From Moniliella sp. 'wahieum' (Eukaryota), in NCBI GenBank assembly GCA_003971905.1, contig RSEE01000134.1, forward strand, positions 1-64,000: a DNA stretch of 64,000 nucleotides, in the 5' to 3' direction. Shown here piece by piece: positions 55,963 through 64,000 of this stretch. The notes under the pieces were generated by a model that had not been told where the DNA came from, searched no databases, and was given only the letters and a program-made list of their open reading frames with translations. The first letter of the stretch is position 1, and each line of letters begins with the position of its first letter. The translations under genes were made by a program, and so were the position numbers.

Positions 55963-56963
55963 TCAGGCTGTCGCCGAAGCCGGCTCAGGCTGGGGCTCCG
56001 AGCCGGCCTTGCCCTGACCGCGTTTGCGCCGCTTGGGCTTGGGCGCTTCTGGCCCGGCCCCAGCCCCGGCTGGCTCGGCTGCGACCGGCGGGGGCGATGC
56101 TTTCCTCTTGCCTGGCCGTGCGGGTTCGGGCGCTCCACGCTTCTTTTTCATGCTCAACGGATTGGGTGCCTTGGGCGCTTTGCGTCGCCGCACGGGCTCT
56201 GTCACGGCGGGCACCTCGGGGGCGTGCCCGTCAACGGCAGCAACGTGAGCCGCCGCCGCGGCGGCAGCAGCAGCCATGTGGTGAGAGCCAGTGGTTTGGT
56301 GGGCAGCGCTAGCGGTTCGGGAAGAGCCGCCCAGCTTGGCTTGCTCAATCTAAAACCGTTTCAAAGAGAAACAAAACAAAAAGAAGTTAGTGTTCCGTTC
56401 GGGGTCGGGGACTGGATCTGGATCTGGGGACCATCAATCACATACCCGCTTGATCTCGTCCTGCGTCGGCTGGCTCATGGGCTCCAGCACGATGACACCC
56501 GTCTCATTGGTGTGCATCACTGGGACGGCAAGCACATGGTTGCGGAGGTGAGCGCGGAGGCGGGGCGAGTTGGTGGCAACGAGGTAGCGGTGCTTGTTGG
56601 TGGGGCCGAGGGTGAGCTTGATGCACTCGCGGGATGGAGGGCGTGGTCCTGGTGGCCGCATCGCCTGCGCTCGGCGGTCTTGGCAATGCGGATGGCGAGC
56701 TGGGCAGCCTGCTTGCTGTCGGGGGTGCGCGCATCGGTTTCGGCCTGGTAGAGCGCAGCGATGGCACACTGGGTGACCATGAGCTTGGTCTTGGTGGCCT
56801 GGAGCACGGCGGCGAGGCGGGCGGGTGCGTCGTGGACCTTGTAGCTGGCCAGGGTGGCGACGAAGCTGCTGTCGAGCAGCACCTGGAGGGGCTCGCGGAA
56901 GCCAAAGTGGAGGATGTACTTGTGGAGAAGCTTCTTGTACGTCTTGGCGCGCCGCTGCCGCAT
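55963..56963 (-). CDS. UTP23: rRNA-processing PIN-domain protein Utp23
   Basis: MRQRRAKTYKKLL...FGFREPLQVLLD, MVTQC, ERRRCGH, NKHRYLVAT, C-terminal KAPNPLSMKKK. Intron at about 56350-56445. Confidence 0.92.
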
Positions 56964-57244
56964 GGTGGTGGTGGTGGCGGTGGTGTGGTGGTGGTGGTGG
57001 TGGTGGTGGTGGGGGAGGTGGTGGGGGGGGAAGTGGTGTTGGAGGGAGGTGGTGTTGGAGGGGGGCACCAAAAATTAAGCACGTGGGCGGAACAGCCAGG
57101 CGGAATGGACTAAACGTTGAGGCTGAACGTGGGCAACAATTAAGCAACCCAGCCTAACGTCTAACCCTTATCGATAATCGGCCCCAGATCGATAAGCACC
57201 CAGCGCAGGCCACTGAAATTTCACCCCCTCCTCCCCCCCCCGCC

Positions 57245-57390
57245 CCACCACCACCACCACTACTAACCACCACCACCACCACCACCTCCATCCCCATCAC
57301 CACCACCACCACCACCTCCTCCATCCCCATCACCACCACCACCATCCCTACCACCATCCCCTCCCCACCACCAGCGCCACCACCACCCCC
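57245..57390 (+). repeat. (CAC)n/(CAT) tract upstream of the YML020W-like gene
   Basis: Directly visible; mirrored by a (GGT)n tract at 56964-57060 upstream of UTP23. Confidence 0.9.
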
Positions 57391-57415
57391 ATCGCCATCC
57401 CTGTCGGCGCCCTCC

Positions 57416-60400
57416 ATGCCCGCCCGGTCCTCTCGCAGCGTCTCCCGCCGCTCCGCTGCTGCCGCCCCCACCCCCATCCCCATCCCCACCCCCCGCAGCC
57501 CCGCCCCCCGCTCGCCGCCCGCGTGCATGCGCGTGCATCCGCCGTGTACACCGACCCTCTCTCCTCTCCCGATGCGCCCCATGCCGACAGCCCCACCCCC
57601 TCTCCCGCCGCTGCTGCGCCCACTGCCTCTGCCCCCCGACCAGCAGCGTGGCGCCCTGCATGCCCACCCCCATCAGGCCCCGTGCTGCCGCCAGTCTCCG
57701 TCGCGTGGGCAGCATTGCCTCCCTCACCCTCGCTCCTGCCGCCCACGCCGATCCCCCTGACCCGCCTCCTGCCGACGCGCCGCCACCAGATCATGCCTCG
57801 CCTCCGTCCGCTTCCCCGTCGGCGCTGGGTGACAAGCCCAGCCGTTCGGTGTCCCACCCGTTGTCTGCGGCGCCTTATCGCATTCCCAAGTCCGCCGCTG
57901 TGCGACGGGTGACCAAGATCTCTACCGCCAGGAACGCCCCGCCCGAATCCAGCCAAGCCACCGACCGTGAGCTCGAGCCCGAGTCCGCGCCCGCGCCCGT
58001 GCCCGAGACCCAGCCCGATCATGAGCTGGTGCAGCCGCCGGGTTCCAGCTCAGGGGAGTCTGGCCCGCGCAAACGGACTGTATCGTGGTTTGGACGAAGA
58101 GCCCCTAGTCCACCGCCACCGCCACCGCCAATCCACCGGCAGCGGACCCTACTCCTGCCCAGGAGCCGCCGCCTCCCGAATCGGAAGCACACCAGTACCT
58201 CCGCCATTTGCGCGACGGACCCACGCACGCACCATCCATGGAGCCTGTTGCCGAGGAAGGAAGTGAGCCGCCTACCCTGGACCCTCCTCCCTCTCACACT
58301 CTGCACGCTGCAGACGCCTCAAAGCCCTCGCTACTACGGTCTTTGTTCCTTGGTGGTCCAGCTCCCGAGCCGGTTCCCGCTGCCTCTGCTGACGACCCCG
58401 TTGGTCCTGATCTACCACAAGAGGAGGCCACCTGCTCTACTTTACCTCTTCCCCAGGAGGCGCGAGGCCCGGACTCGCCTCTACGATCTGGATGGGTATG
58501 GCCATTTTGGACGCCCCCGCCTGAAGAGGGTGAGCCCTCTTTGTCCCAGAACCCCCCCTGGCACCACATCGAGAAAAGAGATGCCTGGCCCTGAAACGGA
58601 CCCCATGGACATTAGTGATGTTTACTACCACCCTCCGCGGCAGGGTGCTGAAAATGGCACTCCTTCAGCTGGGTCGGGAGTTACATCTCCTCTTGGCTGC
58701 CAGGCCTGCCGCGGTGGAAGGAAGGGGAGGAGGAGTCGGCTGTTTCTCCCGAGGCCGACGAGGCAGCTCCCAAATCAATGCCTACACAGTTGACCCCGGC
58801 CGAGCGAATCAAACGGGATGCGCTCCGCCGGTACGGCTCTCCTGAGCAACTGGCACGAACCACCAATGCGCTCTACCATCCCGACCAAACGCCCGGTGCC
58901 GATGTGGTGGCGCGTCCCACGTGGATGTCGCTTTTGCGTTGGACAACCCCGGCTGCCCGTGCGTTGCCTAGTACCGAACAAGAACAGTCCGAGGGGCCGG
59001 AAGTGATGGATTTGGATGAGGACCCGAATGCGCCGCCTTTGCCTTTGCTGCCGCCGTCTGCGGCTCCAGCTCACCCCGCAAGAAGGGTGCTGCCGCGCCG
59101 GAGCCAAGCACGGCCAAGTCGTCCAAGAGTGTCAAGGAGGTGGCCAGGCGCAAGGTCAAATCGGATCTGGGCCCCAATCGGTCTCGAGCCCATCGCTGGT
59201 CCCACGCAAGCCTGGCACACCCCCTGGTACAGCTGCCCAAGGCTCGCTGCAGCCGTCGAAACCCCCAAGGCCGCTAAGGAACCCAAACCCGCTACCAAAC
59301 CTGGCAAGAGCCCAAGGACCCAGCTGTGCTTGCGCCCAACTTGGTCGTGCCTAGTTTTGAGGAGACATTTTTATCCCCGCCTCGGTCGCTGGTGCCCAAG
59401 TCGGGGGTGTGGGAGCGGACCATGTCGTATCTCTTTGCTAGTTCCTCCTCCAATGCGTCCGAAGGCCAATCGACGTCTGCAGTCCCCGATGCCTCGTCGC
59501 CCGTCGACCACTTGCCCAAGGCGTGGACCGTACTGGACCGGCCAACGGACACGCGAATACGCAAGGTGGTCGTGGTAGGCGTGCACGGATGGTTTACCCG
59601 AGTTTCCTCAAGACGGTGATGGGCGAGCCGACGGGCACATCGCACAAGTTTGCTACGATGATGAGCCAAGCGGTCTCGACGCAGCTGGACGCGTTGGGCG
59701 TGCCCGCGGCCCAGCGCCACGTGACCAGCATCCCACTGCATGGCGATGGCAAGGTTTCGGAGCGGGTGGAAATGCTGTATTCGCAACTGGAGGGCAACGC
59801 GCAGTGGATCGCTGCTCTGCGCACGGCCGATGCGGTGTTTGTCGCGGCCCATAGCCAAGGTGCGATCGTTTCGGTTCATTTGTTGGCGCGGATGTTGGAG
59901 GAAGAGGTGGTACGGACGGAGCGCACGTCAGTGTCTGCTGGCCATGTGTGGTATCCACCACGGTCCGTTTACCCATCTGCAGGGCAGCCTGTCTTCTACG
60001 TATCTGCACTACTTTGAGACGGCAGCAGCGAAAGAACTGTTTGAGTTCCAGTCGGCTTCGAGCGGGGTGAGCCAAGCGTACCAAGCTGCGCTGCAGCGCG
60101 TGCTCGTGCCCCCCGTGGCTGCCAACGGCCATGCCCCGCCCGGGGTGAAGATTTTGTTTGTGGGTTCGGTGGACGATCAGGTGGTGCCGCTGTACTCGGC
60201 GTTGAACGTTTCGGTAGACCATCCGAACGTGTTGCGAGCGCTCTATGTCAATGGCCAAGCCTTCCCACAGGATCGACCGACTTTTTGGTTCACCTACTGA
60301 GCTTTTTGGTGCGCATCCGGAATGCCGGCTTGGACGACCACGGGTTACTGGCGCTGCTTTCGCCCGCGGTGGCTGGTAGCGTGTTTGGTGGCTCGGGGCA

Positions 60401-60816
60401 CAGCCTGATCTACCAAGACACGGACGTGTACACCTTGGCAACTCGCTACCTGTTCCAAGTGGACTTGTACCGCCCACCCCCGCCGGCGCCCACAGCACGT
60501 ACCAAGCGCGGCAAACGCAAACGCCCACGTCACCTGCGCGCCTCCCTGTCCGCGGTCCAGGTCAGCTCGGACGACCGCCGTCTGGCCCTGACAGACGGCG
60601 CATTGAAAAATCCGTACCAGCTGCCATGGGTTTCGCGGGCTGTTGGAGGACGATGGGATCAAGCATTGGTTTGGCACCGAGCTGGACCGGCTCATCGATG
60701 CGTTTGATCAGTGGCGACCAATGACCAAGCCGTTGAAGGACATCCAGTTCCGACTTCAGCCCTTGGGACAGCAACGCCGCTTGCTCGCCGCCCAGCAGGC
60801 CAAAGCGCGGATGTGA
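57416..60816 (+). CDS. Conserved fungal YML020W-like protein (alpha/beta-hydrolase-like C-terminal domain, long disordered N-terminus), frameshifted
   Basis: VVVVGVHGWF, GEPTGTS, FVAAHSQG, AMCGIHHGPF, ELFEFQ, GSVDDQVVPLYS, RNAGLDDHGLL, GHSLIY, NPYQLPW, LKDIQFRL...AKARM-TGA. Confidence 0.8.
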
Positions 60817-61692
60817 TTGAGGCGCGTCGAGTTGGATCCCTGTTCGTTGCCCGTTGCTGTGTTCATGCGCAGCTGCCTCTTTTGGTTGGGTCCGGCTCGG
60901 TTGGGTTCGGTTGGGTTCAGCTGTGCCTTATCTTTTTGTCTGTCGGCCGTTTTCGCGCTTTTTTTGTACTTTTGCACACGGGGGCTTGATGATGATGTAG
61001 ATCCCCTTTGACCCCACCCCCCATCCCCCTCCGCATGCCGTAAGCGATTGAGATCCCCACACCACATTTCCTCTCCTGTACCATTACCCCGTTCCACACC
61101 TCGTTATCTGCATGTGCTGTGTCTCTCTTTTTACTAGCCAATACCTCCTGCTCGCTTCTCCCTAGAGCAAGAGAGCAACAGAGCAAGAAAGCTGAATCGG
61201 GAGGACAAACTAAGGCAGGCAGCAGACCGTCACCGGTCCTTCACGCCCCGAGCAGGTGTAGACACGCATCGAGCCAGTCTGATCAACGGTAATAACTTGT
61301 GCTATTTCCCACCCAGGGGCAGGACATGTTGGACCGTGATGCGTGACAGCATATGGGTACGCCAAAGTAAGCATAGTGCGAATGGGGAGAGCAAGAGGAA
61401 GGAGGGACCACGGAAAAAATGACAAGGAGAAGGTATAGAGCGTGGTCAGCCGAAAATAAGTATGTCGGGCCAGCAGGCTGCGCGGCCGGAACGTCTGAAC
61501 AGTGAAAACCAAAGGGCGAAGGGCGAAGAGTTAAACCAAGTCTGGGGGGGGGGGGGGGGGTAACGTGTAACATGTAACTTGCCGTCCCAACTGGAAGAAA
61601 GAAGTGAGGAAAAGAGGGATGAGCAGGTGAGCAGGAAGAATCGAATAAACACAAAAGCAAGTTGGAACCGCATCCTGGTTCAACGTTGAAGT

Positions 61693-62749
61693 TCAACGCT
61701 CAACGTTCAACGGTTCCTCGTCCCACTGGTCGTCGGGCACGAGGGGATCAACCGACTTGGTAAACCGATTTTTTCGGCCGTGCCAATCAATGTAATCTTC
61801 ATCGAGCTTGCGGCACTCTTGGGACGTGATGGAATGGACCTTGTGACCGCGCAGGTCAAACACAATGTCGAACCGTTTGCGCGGATTGAAGAGTTTGCGG
61901 ATACCCAGCGCCGCCGCAATGTCCGTCATGGCCGTGTGCTGCCAGCTGACCAACACGTTTTCGCCCTTGGACGTAAACCGCTCAGCGATCCGCTTGACAC
62001 ATTGCGCATCCTCCCGGTCACATGCATGGTGGATGGGCAACCAAGCTTGCGGCCGAGCGGGACCAGCGTATCGTACGGCCGAGACCGACGGCCGTCCTTC
62101 TTGAACTGCTGTGCGACCAGACCCGTGATCGGAGCGTGTCGTGGCGATAGGTACGCCACTTTTTGTGCTTTTTGGGTTTCTGCCACGCGACCGGGTTGCC
62201 TCGGCCTCGTCTTGTTCGTCTGCCTGCTGCGCGCCAGGCGTGGTAAACAGGTCGGTCAGACACCACGAGCGAAGCTCGCCGTCGGGAGACAAGTCGACTC
62301 CCTTGCCCTTTTCGGCGTGCCGGATAAGCGTGGACAAGGAGGAGGAAGGGGGGGAGGTGGGTTAGCGGGCCAATCGCATGTGCTGCATCGGCAAGATGGG
62401 GGGCTAAGAAAAAAAATACACACATAGACATGGCCCCGGCGGCTTTCGGGTACCACAGGCAGCGCATCGAGCCAGGCCAAGTGCACAGCCTCGTCCTCTG
62501 CTTCGATGAGTGCAAGCTGATCTGGCTGGTGCGCAGAGGGGAGGGCCAAGGGGAGCTGGAGCGGCGCGGCGGGGGGCTGGGTCAGCCAGGCGTCGGCGCG
62601 CGGGGTGGCGTCCGTGGGGGGGCTGGCGGGCAGGGCACGGGCGAGGCCGCGGCGGGACGGAGGGTGGCGCAGGCGATGGCGGCGAGGGCGAGGGCCAGCG
62701 ACAAGGCGGTGCGGGGGCGGCGGTGGGCGCCGGTGCGCGAGGGAGGCAT
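61693..62749 (-). CDS. Secreted histidine-phosphatase / phosphoglycerate-mutase-family protein
   Basis: Hydrophobic signal ALSLALALAAIACA; HVY|LIRHAEK (RH motif) across an intron at about 62330-62423 whose acceptor looks miscalled; RSRPYDTLVPL; CDREDAQCV; NVLVSWQH. Confidence 0.8.
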
Positions 62750-64000
62750 GGTGGTGGCCGAGGAGTGAATGTGGGGGGGGGGGGGCTGCGCGCAGTTGTC
62801 CGTCGCCCATCCCACATTCACGGCAAGACGCAGCGGAGGTGAAAAAATCACAGCACCCTGCGGCACCACTCCACCCGCTGAACATTTCATACCACCGCCC
62901 GCTCGCAGCACGATGCATGACGCTTTCACGCTTCCCGCCGCCGAGGTACTGGTTGTGCGCCCCCGGCCTGCCCACCACAAACCGCCCCCGTGCCTGCGGC
63001 TGGTGTGCACCCTCTTTTCCCCCGCAACGCCCCTGCGCCCACCGATTCCAACGCAGCGCAGTCACTAGTACTAGTCACCTCCTAGTCACATCCCCCTCGT
63101 CGCCGAGCGGAATCTGCCACCCCCTTCGCCTGGTCCTCTCGTTCCGCCGTATGCACTCCACAATCCGCCTTTCCGCCCGCCGCTGGCCTTTTCGTTCGCC
63201 TTGCAACCAACCATCCACCCGAGAGGCCACCCCCCCACACCACGCGCGCATCCAGCCTCCTAGGGTATGTGTCCTCCCTCCTGCGCTCATCGGGATGAAA
63301 TCTACGACAGGCGGACCTACCCCCACGCTTCTCCCTGCACCCAATTTACAGGGGGGTGCACAGAAGCAGTGGCTGCGGATCTTACTCGGCTGCTGAACTT
63401 TGCTCGCGCATCCATCCATCTGCGTACGACCGTTTTGACCCTCTTGTCTCTCTTCAGATCCCTGGATGGCCGTCGCCCCCCCTTCGTCTTGTACGCCGTA
63501 CCATGCGCTCCCCCTCCCTTTCGCATGTCCTCCCTCATCCTCCCTGTATGTTGACGACAATGAATGGCATTCAACACAGTTCTGTATTCGCGTCTAGGTT
63601 CATGTTGCGCTTGTCCTGGTGGGGGATGGAGTACGGCCAGCCGGAATGCGTGGGAACGTGTCAATATATCATGTCAATGTTCACCCCGCAGGCGCCAGAC
63701 TGGGCGGGGGGGCCCGTCAGCGGCCAGGCCCAGTTCCGACAGCGGAATGGATTGTGAAAGCACGGGGGGCGCCGGGCGGAAAAGCCAGGCGACGCGGACT
63801 TGTCCCCACGCGCGGACTTGGTCTGGCGGCACACGGAGATGGTGCCCGTGTCCCGCGCCCGCACCGCAGCAGGGTCCCGCGCGCCGCGAACCTTCGGGCG
63901 GCGCCTTTCTCCGCTCCGACGCCCGTGCCCAGCGGCTTTTAAAGCGGGCGGCGGCAGGAGACGCAACTCCAGATCCAACCCCCCACCCACCCACCCGCAC

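Noticed and set aside
63290..63400. Possible C/D-box snoRNA (GATGAA...CTGA)
   Set aside because: No proper RTGATGA C box, terminal stem or rRNA-complementary guide that I can identify.

Overview
Eukaryotic, GC-rich fungal DNA. Short GT-AG introns with CTGAC/CTAAC branch sites and the gene set point to a basidiomycete, probably Ustilaginomycotina-like (inference). The assembly looks like an unpolished long-read consensus: nearly every gene, including essential RPB1 and EF-2, is broken by 1-nt indels, so the CDS coordinates are gene spans, not clean ORFs. Recognisable genes in order: PHO13-like HAD phosphatase (partial), ABHD12-like hydrolase, division-1 chitin synthase, Sst2/FlbA-type RGS protein, EF-2, a bacterial-looking SDR, SVF1, an AGC1-type mitochondrial carrier, GPI-type fasciclin, intron-containing tRNA-Arg(ACG), TMT1/CRG1-like methyltransferase, MDM10, ING-PHD protein, GNA1, MP88-like secreted glycoprotein, RPB1, VPS27, UTP23, a YML020W-like protein and a secreted histidine-phosphatase-like protein. 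The best new candidates are: (i) a 37-aa CxxC-x10-CxxC zinc-ribbon microprotein gene with its own TATA box and 5'UTR intron, hidden in a 7-kb 'gene desert'; (ii) a second, spliced orphan zinc-ribbon gene; (iii) dispersed quasi-palindromic heptamer arrays (6-bp palindrome + 1 nt) in non-coding DNA; (iv) identical promoter elements shared by two cell-surface genes; (v) a bipartite Ser7-less RPB1 CTD; (vi) a 6-nt micro-exon and an intron-split start codon. No CRISPR array, rRNA gene or intact transposon was seen. All family calls are by motif recognition; no database search was run.
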